Shown: in pieces, positions 42,759 to 52,919 of the stretch
Numbering within the stretch: position 1 is the stretch's first letter
Layout: every line of letters begins with the position of its first letter
From: an uncultured Actinomycetes bacterium
GTDB lineage: Bacteria; SZUA-79; Acidulodesulfobacterales; Acidulodesulfobacteraceae
Direction of reading: 5' to 3'
Assembly: GCA_964631685.1 (NCBI GenBank)
Contig: CAZVZU010000002.1
Location: 64,001-128,000 of the forward strand
DNA: 64,000 nucleotides
Notes under the pieces: generated by a model
Told to the model about the DNA's origin: nothing
What the model saw: the letters and a program-made list of their open reading frames with translations, nothing else
The model's database searches: none
Program-made: the position numbers and the translations under genes

Positions 42759-44789
42759 TTAAACTTGAACCGGAACTTCTGCCATGCGACCTATGTCAAT
42801 CTTTTTACTCAATTCTGTCTTTAGATTAAACTCAACCTTCCTAATTGCACTATTTGGACAAATTTCGTAACAAACACCACATTTAACGCAAGAAACGGGA
42901 TCAATATAGTAATACTCATCACCTTCAGGGCTATCCTTTTTAGCGATAATGGCTGGACATGCAAGCTCTACAAAGCACTCATTGCACTTTACGCATCTTG
43001 ATTTTTGAATTTCGTAGAGAGATTTCATCGGCTCATAGTGCATACCACAACTTTTTTGAACAAATTTATTTCTTCTAGCTTCTTGAAGAATACATTCTCT
43101 TTTTGCAATTAGCACCTTAACACCCGGCTCCTTCAATGCGTTCTTCACCTGAGATGCAAACCTTTTTATGCTATTAGGGTCAAGGCTTTTAATGTACCTT
43201 ACCCCAAGCGATTTAACTAAATCTTTTAGATTTACAATATTGTCGGGCAATGTCCCATCAATATCCCTTTGCGTTGACGGCGTTCTTTGGTGTCCGGTCA
43301 TAGCCGTCCAACTATTATCAAGTATGACATAGAGGATATTTGCACCATTTTGAACAGCATTTAATAATACCGGAATACCGGAATGATAAAATGTAGAATC
43401 ACCCACAAGTGCTATAATTTTCTTTTTTTTATCAAAAAGACTTATAGCCTGTCCTATTCCAAGCCCTGCATTCATGCATGTAAGGAAATCCATTGCATTG
43501 TACGGGGGTAAAAGCCCAAGGGTATAACATCCAATATCTCCCGCTATAATTACATCTCTATTCTTAGCATCTGTATTTGAAAAACCCACAGCTTTTAGAA
43601 TAGAATAGATCGTGGCGCGATGAGGGCACCCGACGCAAAAAGTACCAGACCTCTGGGGCAAATTATCATCTAACTCTTTAGTTTTTTTAACGGCAAAATC
43701 GAAAAATTTGGGGGACGGTTTCTCTAAAAATTCGCTGACGCCCTCAATGACACCATCTAATGTAAGCTCGCCAGCCGGATCAAAGATATCCTTTCCATGA
43801 ATCTTGCCTTTATAGCCCATGTCATAGGCTATTCTTTTAATCTGAAATTCCAAGAACCCCTCGGCTTCCTCCACGATAACAACCTCATCGGTGTCTTCTA
43901 AAAAATTAATTATGAGCTCATCGGGTAAGGGAAAGGTGAAACCAAGTTTTAAAATTTTATGGTCGTAAATTCCCAAAATATCCAGCGCCTCTACTAAATG
44001 CGCATATATTACGCCAGACGATATGAAACCTACTTTTGATCCTGCCGAAACGGTATCCGGCATCAGGGTATAGTTAAATTGTGAATTTTCAAGGTACTTT
44101 TTGAGAAGAATATACCTTTCTAAATATTTTTTATGATTTCGCACAGACATATTAAAAAGGTTGAGATAATTCTCGGGATCTTTCTTGAAGTCTCCTTCAA
44201 TACCCGTCCTGTCCCGCACATCGCCAAAGCGTAGAATGCCAGCGTTGTGGCACAGCCTTGACGGTGCCATCAGCATAATGCCGAAAGAGAACTTCTCTGA
44301 TATTTCAAATGCCTCTCTGGTGAAATCCTTCGCCTCTTGAATATTTGCCGGCTCCATAATCGGCATATAAGTGTGTAGACTGTACCACCTATCATCCTGT
44401 TCATTAGAGCTACTTGTCGCCCCGGGATCAGAACCTATAGCTAGTACCAGCCCTGCCTTAACCCCAGTATATGCCAAAAAATGGGCAGGCTCACTTGCGA
44501 CATTGAGCCCAACATTCTTCATAGCACAAAGCGCTCTAATGCCCGACCATGAAGCACCGATAGCGCCGTGAAGCGATATATGCTCGTTCAAACTAAATTC
44601 GGCGTACAGATTCTTGATACTACTTTTATTTTTATAAAGCCCGATAATAATCTCAGAAGCCGGCGTCCCGGGATACATAGACGCATAACCTATCCCAGCC
44701 TCTAGTGCCCCCCTTGCTATCGCTTCGTTCCCAAGCACTATGCCCTTATCGCCCTGCCTTCCGTTTATAAACAAATTATCCTTACTCAC
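42759..44789 (-). CDS. iorA: Indolepyruvate/2-oxoacid:ferredoxin oxidoreductase, alpha subunit
   Basis: GNEAIARG, YPGTP, CVGCPHR, GDIGCY, GDSTF, AMTGHQ, C-terminal ferredoxin Cys motifs. Confidence 0.9.
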   Translation of the reverse strand: MSKDNLFINGRQGDKGIVLGNEAIARGALEAGIGYASMYPGTPASEIIIGLYKNKSSIKNLYAEFSLNEHISLHGAIGASWSGIRALCAMKNVGLNVASEPAHFLAYTGVKAGLVLAIGSDPGATSSSNEQDDRWYSLHTYMPIMEPANIQEAKDFTREAFEISEKFSFGIMLMAPSRLCHNAGILRFGDVRDRTGIEGDFKKDPENYLNLFNMSVRNHKKYLERYILLKKYLENSQFNYTLMPDTVSAGSKVGFISSGVIYAHLVEALDILGIYDHKILKLGFTFPLPDELIINFLEDTDEVVIVEEAEGFLEFQIKRIAYDMGYKGKIHGKDIFDPAGELTLDGVIEGVSEFLEKPSPKFFDFAVKKTKELDDNLPQRSGTFCVGCPHRATIYSILKAVGFSNTDAKNRDVIIAGDIGCYTLGLLPPYNAMDFLTCMNAGLGIGQAISLFDKKKKIIALVGDSTFYHSGIPVLLNAVQNGANILYVILDNSWTAMTGHQRTPSTQRDIDGTLPDNIVNLKDLVKSLGVRYIKSLDPNSIKRFASQVKNALKEPGVKVLIAKRECILQEARRNKFVQKSCGMHYEPMKSLYEIQKSRCVKCNECFVELACPAIIAKKDSPEGDEYYYIDPVSCVKCGVCYEICPNSAIRKVEFNLKTELSKKIDIGRMAEVPVQV

Positions 44790-44833
44790 GATTTGTCATC
44801 CCCCCATAGCCGAAGACATATGTTTTATACATA

Positions 44834-45565
44834 TCAATATTGAGTAAATATATTGGACTTTTCGTCTAAGATCTTAATTATAACTCCGTCCACATTTAGT
44901 TCTGAACCCTTTTCTATATATTTTTCCAGTGAGGGTTTGATATCAGATTCTTTGGTATATAACATTACTGATTTTCCTTTGGACTTTATATGATTAATGA
45001 TATTTTTATCAATATCGTCTCCGGAATAATTTATAACAAACATATCAATCCCTATTTTTCCGAGTTTTTTAATCTTAAAAAAATCCATAGAAGTAGACGC
45101 ACCAACCATAACTCCTAGATTAAAAAATCCGAAATCAGGATACTCTTTTTTTATAATAGAGCTAAACCCTACGACATCTATATCGTACACCGGCTTAGCA
45201 GCAGGAAATATAGTTTTTAGCGTATGCAAGCCCTCTGATATTATTATATCTTTAACACCTAACTGTTTAAGCGTTATCAAATCAGACAGGATAGCAATCC
45301 TGTTTTTATCCCTCATATTAAAGGCATAAGCTACATCAAGCGTACCTGCATTATATCTATTTTTTAAATCTTTACACAATAATAATGCATTTATTCCAAA
45401 ATTTTGCTCTATAACAATTGCACAAGAGGGTGCCGGCCCATCATTCTTTATTAATCCAAATTTTTTGTTTGCATGTATCACTCCGCCTACAATCTTATCC
45501 AGATGTTCTTCGAAATTTATATAACTCTCTCCGCTGGGAGTTTCAATTTGCGATATTATCTTCAT
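44834..45565 (-). CDS. MetF-like (MTHFR fold) protein, divergent
   Basis: RDKNRIAILSDL and PAAKPVYDID resemble MetF of MetVF pairs; follows metV; catalytic motifs look altered. Confidence 0.65.
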   Translation of the reverse strand: MKIISQIETPSGESYINFEEHLDKIVGGVIHANKKFGLIKNDGPAPSCAIVIEQNFGINALLLCKDLKNRYNAGTLDVAYAFNMRDKNRIAILSDLITLKQLGVKDIIISEGLHTLKTIFPAAKPVYDIDVVGFSSIIKKEYPDFGFFNLGVMVGASTSMDFFKIKKLGKIGIDMFVINYSGDDIDKNIINHIKSKGKSVMLYTKESDIKPSLEKYIEKGSELNVDGVIIKILDEKSNIFTQY

Positions 45566-45618
45566 AGAAAATTAGTTTATTGTTATTGTAATTGCCTTTT
45601 TATTTGACCTATTAAAAA

Positions 45619-46251
45619 TCAGAGCTTCCGCTTTATCGTCCTGCCATAATTTCTCGGGAAAAATATATTATCAAGATTTTCCTCCTCTAAAAATTTAGAC
45701 ATATTCTCGCAGGACTTCACGAACACACAAATGCTCTCTTCATAAACCTCGCAATTAGTGCCGTTATGACCCTCGCATGGTCCGTTTAACAAGCCCTTCG
45801 GACACAATGTGATAGTACAAACACCGCCGGTAAAATTCAATCTGCACTCATCGCAACCACTGCATAAAGCATTATACTCACCAATATGCTCCGTTTGAGC
45901 TATATATTTACTGTCCACTCCCGCTATAACTTTTTTGCCGATATATTCCCCTATAGTCTGAACTCCTGTCCCGCAAGATAACACTACTACTGCTTCGGTA
46001 TCTTCCAGTTTATCCTCTACAAAGCGAATATCCTCTCTTAAAACCCTTTTATCGCAAGGCTCATCTATTGAAATAGTGAATAGTACCTCTTTTCCCATAT
46101 TTACTATGTGCTTTTCCATTTCTTTAACCTCTCTGCTTCCTCCGGTTAAGCACACAGAAGCGCACGAGGCGCACCCGACTATTCCAAGTCTTTTATATTT
46201 TTTTAATGCCTCATCTATCTCTTTAATGTCCTTTTTTTCGGTTAAAAACAC
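45619..46251 (-). CDS. metV: MetV-like Cys-rich Fe-S/Zn protein (MTHFR partner)
   Basis: GCASCASVCLTGG, SCGTGVQ, CSGCDEC, CPKGLLNGPCEG. Confidence 0.85.
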   Translation of the reverse strand: MFLTEKKDIKEIDEALKKYKRLGIVGCASCASVCLTGGSREVKEMEKHIVNMGKEVLFTISIDEPCDKRVLREDIRFVEDKLEDTEAVVVLSCGTGVQTIGEYIGKKVIAGVDSKYIAQTEHIGEYNALCSGCDECRLNFTGGVCTITLCPKGLLNGPCEGHNGTNCEVYEESICVFVKSCENMSKFLEEENLDNIFFPRNYGRTIKRKL

Positions 46252-46301
46252 AGTACAGCACCCTTCTTGTTAACGTATAATGATTGTCCACATGAGCATT
46301 T

Positions 46302-47396
46302 TTATCGCATACTTGTCAATCTTACATTGACCGATCTAGTAGTTTTACCCCTATGCACCCTAAGAATGATAACCTGCCTAGGAGAAAACGTACTTATAAG
46401 CTCCTCAAGACGAGAGAAAGAATATACCCTTCTGTTATTTATTTTCGTTATGATATCGCCGCCCGTTACATATGTGATGTTCTTCATCGCAATAATCCTT
46501 GTTCCTGCAACAAGGCCAGCTTTATAGGCGGGGCTTCCGGGAAAAACCTTTTCTATTAAGAGCCCTTTTTTAACATACTTAATGCCAAGAAGAGTCGCAA
46601 GACTCGGCGTCAGCTTTATCGCTTCTATCCCAAGCCACGGTTTTATCACTCTTCCGTATTTAATTAATCGAGGCACATCCCGTTTAGCAAGATTTATAGG
46701 TATAGCAAATCCTATATTTTGAGCATTGTTTGCTAATTTAGCCGTATTTATACCAATAACACGTCCCTTATAGTCAACTAACGGTCCACCTGAATTGCCG
46801 GGATTAATTGCAGCATCAGTCTGAATTATATTCCCGTAAAATCTTGCCGAGGGGAAAAAAAGCGACCTTTTAAGACCACTGATAATTCCCGTCGTAACGG
46901 TCTGATAAAGATTGTAAGGATTGCCTATAGCTATAACCCTCTCGCCAACCTTTAAATTATCGGAATCCCCTAATACTAACGGAACTATTCTTTTGCCTAT
47001 CGGATTAATACGGATAATCGCTATATCGGATGTGAGATTGGTCCCGACTATACTCGCCCTTAAATCTTTATACTTTAAAAAACTCACATATATCTTGCCC
47101 GCATTTCCGATAACATGAAAATTAGTCAGTATATCCCCATCTCTATTTATAAAGAACCCCGTTCCAATATCTTCTTCCGGCATTATAGCGCCGTTTTTAA
47201 GCCTTGTAAATCCTAAAACCTTAATATGCACAACCCCAGGTGTAAGCTCCTTAAAAAGATGCTCTACAACAGAATCTTTATTGCCTGCATTGCCGTAGGC
47301 GTAAGACCGTCCGATGAATAAACTGCAGGTTAAAATTGTAGCAAATATAAAAATTGATATAAAAAATATTTTTCTACGCAGCGTCCGAAAAAGCAT
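46302..47396 (-). CDS. HtrA/DegP-family serine protease with one PDZ domain
   Basis: N-terminal signal/TM; LTNFHV, DIAI, TDAAINPGNSGGPL. Confidence 0.95.
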   Translation of the reverse strand: MLFRTLRRKIFFISIFIFATILTCSLFIGRSYAYGNAGNKDSVVEHLFKELTPGVVHIKVLGFTRLKNGAIMPEEDIGTGFFINRDGDILTNFHVIGNAGKIYVSFLKYKDLRASIVGTNLTSDIAIIRINPIGKRIVPLVLGDSDNLKVGERVIAIGNPYNLYQTVTTGIISGLKRSLFFPSARFYGNIIQTDAAINPGNSGGPLVDYKGRVIGINTAKLANNAQNIGFAIPINLAKRDVPRLIKYGRVIKPWLGIEAIKLTPSLATLLGIKYVKKGLLIEKVFPGSPAYKAGLVAGTRIIAMKNITYVTGGDIITKINNRRVYSFSRLEELISTFSPRQVIILRVHRGKTTRSVNVRLTSMR

Positions 47397-48603
47397 TGTT
47401 AGTCTCCCTCCACTGCTTAGCCTGATGCATAAAAGTCTCCAATCTAAGCATTAAGTTAGTACTTTCCTGTCCATCAAACCATAAATTTATCCAAGGAAAA
47501 TTATTAAGGTCTTCTCTGAATCTCTTAGAAATGGTCTGCACAATAGAACCGGGCATGCAGTGGAAAGGATGAATACTTACAACACCCGAATATCCTTTTT
47601 TCGCAAAATCAATAGACTCGCCCACCGTAAGAATCGCCTCGCCCCCCAGCGATATATCTAAATATTTCTTAGAATATGCAAGTATTTCTTTTATGCTTGT
47701 CTCTTTATGATCTCTAAACATATTTTTGAAAGGCTTGAACATATTTATTTCATCCTTTCTTTGATAATAGTTTACAAGAAAGCTTAAAAAAACGTCTTTT
47801 ATCTTTTTGTTTTTAATTGCATTTAAACCGTATTGATATGTAGTAAAAGTTATCCACTTGTACATTGGGACGACGGAAACTTCCCCTCCGAGCGACTCAA
47901 TTTTGTCTACAGTAAAATTATTTGCAAATTTATTTAATCTTAAAAATATCTCGCCGACAACACCTATGAGAGGCTTATCCCCATCCTTTCTTGGTATTTC
48001 TTCAAACTTTTTAGCACATATTCCTATAACATCATAAATGTTCGTACCCTTTTCCAACGCTTCGACGGTCAGGCTCATGCACTCCTTATACACCAACGTA
48101 GTAGATCCCTTAACAATTTCGTACGGCCTTATCCTATGAAGGGCTTTTTCCAGCACATCAAATGCCACGCAACCCTGCCACGCAACCTTCCTGAAAAGAA
48201 CTGCCTTATCTCCGATAAAATCCGTGTATGATTTCTGAGCGCTCGGCACCAAAAACTCGACTTCATCGTAACCTAAATTATCTAATACCAACTCGTGGAG
48301 CCTATTATATTGACCAAACTTACAAGGACCCGAGGATGTAGGCATAAAAAAAGCAGATTTTTTGGCATTAAAATCCGGCTTTTCGATAACCTTTATGATA
48401 TCACCCGTAGTAACAAAACAAGGCATGCATTCATTTCCATTTGTAAATTTAAGTCCAAAATCAAGCGTAGATTCATCCGGACCGTCCATAACCTCGGAAT
48501 CTACCCCGCACCTTTTAAAGGCAGCACTTAAAGCATAAGCGCCATCCGACATATATGGTATATAAACTTTTTTATCGAATATACCTGTATTCGTGTGATG
48601 CAT
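47374..48603 (-). CDS. 2-hydroxyacyl-CoA dehydratase-like / CoA-activase-associated domain protein
   Basis: ECMPC, GPCKFGQY, IGVVGEIF, PFHCMPG, FDG...RLETF. Confidence 0.7.
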   Translation of the reverse strand: MHHTNTGIFDKKVYIPYMSDGAYALSAAFKRCGVDSEVMDGPDESTLDFGLKFTNGNECMPCFVTTGDIIKVIEKPDFNAKKSAFFMPTSSGPCKFGQYNRLHELVLDNLGYDEVEFLVPSAQKSYTDFIGDKAVLFRKVAWQGCVAFDVLEKALHRIRPYEIVKGSTTLVYKECMSLTVEALEKGTNIYDVIGICAKKFEEIPRKDGDKPLIGVVGEIFLRLNKFANNFTVDKIESLGGEVSVVPMYKWITFTTYQYGLNAIKNKKIKDVFLSFLVNYYQRKDEINMFKPFKNMFRDHKETSIKEILAYSKKYLDISLGGEAILTVGESIDFAKKGYSGVVSIHPFHCMPGSIVQTISKRFREDLNNFPWINLWFDGQESTNLMLRLETFMHQAKQWRETNNAFSDAA

Positions 48604-48673
48604 ATATTAATCTCCTTGACAATATAACCTATTAATTGTTAATGCGAAAATGCCTCTGCATTTGAATGCTATA

Positions 48674-48702
48674 ATTATAATAGAGCATTATGATAAAGTC
48701 AA
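48674..48702 (-). promoter_or_regulatory. Near-consensus sigma70 promoter upstream of 48603
   Basis: TTGACT-17 nt-TATAAT. Confidence 0.75.
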
Positions 48703-48746
48703 ATTAGCCCGTAATTACAGTATTAACAAAGATAATAATACAATGA

Positions 48747-50018
48747 CTATTTCTTTAAACTTTGAGCATAGATACTTATTAAATGCTGTACCGGCATTAT
48801 GCGATCTTTATTTATGATATCCTTTTGATCATTCAAGGAAAGCATACATCCTGAGCAGGATGTTAAAATATTTTGCGGTGATACCTCTTTAATCTCATCG
48901 AATTTCCGTCTTGTGATCTCTTTGGATAATTCGTAATGCCTTACATTGAACATGCCCCCGTTACCGCAACAATAGTTATATTTTAATGGCATCAATTTTA
49001 AACCGTTAATTTTATCTATAATAAAACCAGCTTCACCAATTAATCTCTCGTTATATGATGCCGGTTTGAATTCAGGTGAATTTGAAAGATGGCACGGTAT
49101 ATGAAACACCGCATCAGTTTCTTTTTTTAACTTCCCAACCTTTATTTCAATACCCTTTTTTTCCATTAATTTAAAGAACGACCAGATATTCAATAATTTT
49201 TTAGAAAAATCCAAAACTTCATTATAATATTTATCATTTTTACTGAAGTACAATGGATAAAGGTTATTTATAGAATAGGAACAAGATGCACAGGAAGTAA
49301 CTATAAAATCCAAATCCTGCGCCATAAATGCATTTACATTATTTAGGGCAAGATCCCTAAAAGAGGCTATATCGCCACTGGTTATAAAGGGCAGTCCACA
49401 ACAACCCTGCATTTTAGGAATAAATACAGAAACCCCATTTTGCACCAAAGACGATACCGTATCAACGGATATTTGAGGGTATATACTATCAAATATGCAA
49501 CCGCTAAAATAACCCACCCTAATTTCTTTTTCTTTACCTTCTATACTAGTACTATCTACCTTGAACCAATAATCCTTGCCGGTAATGAAGGTTTTGCCGT
49601 GGGGAGTTGGAGCGGATCTTTTACTAAGTTGATTTATGACCGGAATATTGGCAATTATTAAGGCGGACCTTAATAAAACCTTGCCTTTATTCTTAAGTAC
49701 CTTAAGGGCTAACTTGTCGATAGAAAATTTTTTATCCCGAATCTTATTCAATTCGATCTTTTCATTTATTACCAATTCTCCTATTCGAACATCGTTAGGG
49801 CAAACCTCGACGCACCTACCACATAAAAGGCAAGTAGACATTGAGTCCGTAACTTTTGAAGTACGTAAGGCCGGTTTATCAACATTATCGGCCAAGATTA
49901 ACCTTATCCTGCCCCTTGGGCTATAAAATTCGTTCAACCTAATACTATATGTTGGGCAAACCGTTAGGCATTTGCCACAATGAACACAATTAAGATAACC
50001 TTTATATTCCTCTTTCAA
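48747..50018 (-). CDS. glcF: Fe-S oxidoreductase, GlcF-like
   Basis: CVHCGKCLTVCP, CLLCGRCVEVCP, two CCG domains. Confidence 0.8.
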   Translation of the reverse strand: MKEEYKGYLNCVHCGKCLTVCPTYSIRLNEFYSPRGRIRLILADNVDKPALRTSKVTDSMSTCLLCGRCVEVCPNDVRIGELVINEKIELNKIRDKKFSIDKLALKVLKNKGKVLLRSALIIANIPVINQLSKRSAPTPHGKTFITGKDYWFKVDSTSIEGKEKEIRVGYFSGCIFDSIYPQISVDTVSSLVQNGVSVFIPKMQGCCGLPFITSGDIASFRDLALNNVNAFMAQDLDFIVTSCASCSYSINNLYPLYFSKNDKYYNEVLDFSKKLLNIWSFFKLMEKKGIEIKVGKLKKETDAVFHIPCHLSNSPEFKPASYNERLIGEAGFIIDKINGLKLMPLKYNYCCGNGGMFNVRHYELSKEITRRKFDEIKEVSPQNILTSCSGCMLSLNDQKDIINKDRIMPVQHLISIYAQSLKK

Positions 50019-50065
50019 TTAAAATCCCCTGCGTGTAAAATGCGAACTCAACATAAAAATGTATC

Positions 50066-51439
50066 TTAGAATATCTTGCCGGGATTAATGATATTTTCAG
50101 GATCGAATACTCTTTTTATGTTCTTTAGGATATTCATGTAATAATTATTGTATTTTAGTTGCATAAATTCTTTTTTTGCCAATCCGATCCCATGCTCTCC
50201 TGACAAACTCCCGCCCAAGCCAACTGTTTTTTTTAATATGTCCAGCTTTGCTTTCTCTCCCCTTTCAACCATATCGGCATCTACCTTGTTTAGCATAATA
50301 TTCACATGAATATTACCGTCACCAAAATGTCCAAAATTTGTTATAGGGACAGCGTATTTTTTTGAAATACCTTCAATATAAGAAAGCATCTCTTTGATAT
50401 TACCTATGGGAACGGCTATATCATTGTTCATCTTTAGGTCCCCATATCTTCGTAAAGATGGCGAAATTGCCTTTCTCGCCTCCATTATTATTTTCTTCTC
50501 TTCGCTACAACCAGACGCAAAGAGGAAAATAGGTGAAAACTCATTTAATATCCTTTTGTACTCCGCGATAGAACTGTCAACCTCTATTTCCGAACCATCG
50601 GCTTCGATAATGAACAGCAGGGCACCGCTTACCTTTATTATATCACTTTTAAAATAACCCCTCACCGAATCAATAGAAGCTTTGTCCATAAATTCCAACA
50701 TTGACGGCCGATTTCTAAGTCTCAACAATGACAACGCCGCCTTAAATCCATTATCCATATCATCGAATGATACAAGAATTAACGAATCGGTGATAGGTTT
50801 GGATAAAAATTTAAGCGTAATCTTGGAAAAAAAACCAAGTGTTCCCTCCGAACCAACCAGCAACTGAGTAAGATTATATCCGGAAACATCTTTAACCGTT
50901 TTAGAACCCGTATTTATTATTTCGCCGTTTCCAGTAACCATTTCCAAGCCTGCAACATAATCTTTAGTAACTCCGTATTTAACCGCGCTTGGACCGCCGG
51001 CACATTCAGCAACATTGCCGCCTATCGTTGAAAACTCGTAGCTTGCAGGATCAGGCGGATAAAAATAACCCCTATCGCTTAGGTATGACTTTAGGTCAGC
51101 GTTTATAACGCCGGGTTCAACCGTTATGAACATATTTTCTTCATCTAATTCCAAAATATGGTTCATTTTAGTAAATGAAACCACGACCCCACCTTTAAAT
51201 GGCAAACTCCCACCGGAAAATCCGCTTCCGGAACCCCTTCCGACAATAGGGACGCCGTAGACGATACATAACTTAACAATTCTAGACAATTCATTAGGAT
51301 TCAAAGGAAAAACAACGATATCTGGCATAAATTCCATGACCGTTGCATCATAAGAATAGCAGAGCAGTTCTTCCTTTTCAGTTAAAACTCGCTTTTCACC
51401 AAGTAATTTTTTAAATGTTTTTATAAGTTTTTGGTGCAT
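50066..51439 (-). CDS. glcD: FAD-linked oxidase, GlcD-like (glycolate/D-lactate dehydrogenase)
   Basis: YPPDPAS, GSEGTLG, GHFGDGNIH, GEHGIG, INPGK. Confidence 0.85.
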   Translation of the reverse strand: MHQKLIKTFKKLLGEKRVLTEKEELLCYSYDATVMEFMPDIVVFPLNPNELSRIVKLCIVYGVPIVGRGSGSGFSGGSLPFKGGVVVSFTKMNHILELDEENMFITVEPGVINADLKSYLSDRGYFYPPDPASYEFSTIGGNVAECAGGPSAVKYGVTKDYVAGLEMVTGNGEIINTGSKTVKDVSGYNLTQLLVGSEGTLGFFSKITLKFLSKPITDSLILVSFDDMDNGFKAALSLLRLRNRPSMLEFMDKASIDSVRGYFKSDIIKVSGALLFIIEADGSEIEVDSSIAEYKRILNEFSPIFLFASGCSEEKKIIMEARKAISPSLRRYGDLKMNNDIAVPIGNIKEMLSYIEGISKKYAVPITNFGHFGDGNIHVNIMLNKVDADMVERGEKAKLDILKKTVGLGGSLSGEHGIGLAKKEFMQLKYNNYYMNILKNIKRVFDPENIINPGKIF

Positions 51440-51450
51440 GACGTATACCT

Positions 51451-52095
51451 CTAATCAGGCAAGGAGCAAGATGTAATCGCTTCCGCGATCTTTTTAAAGG
51501 CATTTGCTCTGTGAGATATCTTATTTTTCTCTAAAGAGTCAATTTGCGCAAGTGTTTTATTGAAACTAGGAACAAAAAAAACGGGATCGTAACCAAAACC
51601 CTTTGTGCCACTTATTTCATTGGCAATTAACCCGTTTAATTCCCCCTCAAAATAGTGCGATTTACCACTTCCTATGTCATATAGGCAAGCTAGACAGACA
51701 AATTTAGCATCTCTATGTTCTGTGCAACTCTTATTTAATTTCATTGTATCAAGAAGTTTATTTATGTTTTCCGCATCCGTAGCATTTGCACCTGCAAATC
51801 TAGCCGTAACAAGACCGGGGGTATTTCCTATGCATGATACCTCTAATCCAGAATCCTCGCTCACTATATAGTCTAAATTTAGTTTAGACCTTAACCCTGG
51901 ATTTTTATTCAAAAACTCCGCATAGCCGTCTACCTTAATTTTAGCATTCTGGCTATATGTTTTTCCATTTTCTACTATATCTACGTCAAAATTTTTGTCC
52001 GGATAAATGATATTAAACGATGTATAATCGCTCATTATAAGCCTGATTTCTTGAAACTTATGTACATTTCCGGTAGCTATTAATATATTAATCAT
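51451..52095 (-). CDS. rdgB: Non-canonical purine NTP pyrophosphatase
   Basis: ATGNVHK, EDSGL, GFGYDP, SHR; follows rph. Confidence 0.93.
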   Translation of the reverse strand: MINILIATGNVHKFQEIRLIMSDYTSFNIIYPDKNFDVDIVENGKTYSQNAKIKVDGYAEFLNKNPGLRSKLNLDYIVSEDSGLEVSCIGNTPGLVTARFAGANATDAENINKLLDTMKLNKSCTEHRDAKFVCLACLYDIGSGKSHYFEGELNGLIANEISGTKGFGYDPVFFVPSFNKTLAQIDSLEKNKISHRANAFKKIAEAITSCSLPD

Positions 52096-52118
52096 TTGTC
52101 AATAAAAAATTAACGAAA

Positions 52119-52844
52119 TTATATTACGCTGTTAATTGCTTCACTTTGTAATTCACTTATTTTTGATACGGCATTTTTTGAAAGTTCGTAAAGCTTGGAA
52201 AGAACATCGAATTCAATAGGAGTTTTTTCGGCACATCCCTGGATCTCAATTATCCTTTTAGACCCTGTTAGAACAAAATTATAATCTAATTCGGCATTGG
52301 AATCCTCCGAATAATCAAGATCAAGTAAAATTTTACCGTTTACGATTCCAATGCTAATTGCCGCAACGGTATCGTAAAACGGCATCTGTTCTATTTTGCC
52401 GCGCTTAATGAGGTTTAAAAACGCCAAATGAGCGGCAACATAGGCACCTGTAATTGAAGCCGTTCTTGTTCCGCCATCTGCGCTTATAACATCACAGTCA
52501 ATCATGATAGTTATATCTGGGAAATCGGCAAAATTGGTCACAGACCTAAGCGACCTACCTATTAGTCTTTGTATTTCCTGAGCCCTTCCGTTAATTCGCC
52601 CTTTTACGGAATCCCTGGGCATTCTGCTTTGAGTGGATCTCGGAAGCATTGAATACTCAGCAGTTAACCATCCCTCACCTTTTTCTCTTAAAAAAGATGG
52701 CACCTTATAGTCTACTGAAGCTGTGCAGATAACCTTGGTATTACCCACCTCGATTAAACACGATCCCTCTGCGTATTTCATATAGCCAGGGGTTATTGTC
52801 GTAAGTCTCATCTCGTCTATTTGCCTACCTTTCTTTCTTGCCAA
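52119..52844 (-). CDS. rph: Ribonuclease PH
   Basis: TAEYSMLP, EIQRLIGRSLR, ADGGTRTASITG, LDLDY.ED. Confidence 0.97.
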   Translation of the reverse strand: MARKKGRQIDEMRLTTITPGYMKYAEGSCLIEVGNTKVICTASVDYKVPSFLREKGEGWLTAEYSMLPRSTQSRMPRDSVKGRINGRAQEIQRLIGRSLRSVTNFADFPDITIMIDCDVISADGGTRTASITGAYVAAHLAFLNLIKRGKIEQMPFYDTVAAISIGIVNGKILLDLDYSEDSNAELDYNFVLTGSKRIIEIQGCAEKTPIEFDVLSKLYELSKNAVSKISELQSEAINSVI

Positions 52845-52919
52845 TATATTTCCTCCGCTTTGACTTTAGCTTGAAAAAACCGATATCTTACCAAACTAAA
52901 GCTATCTTTTATATAAAAC

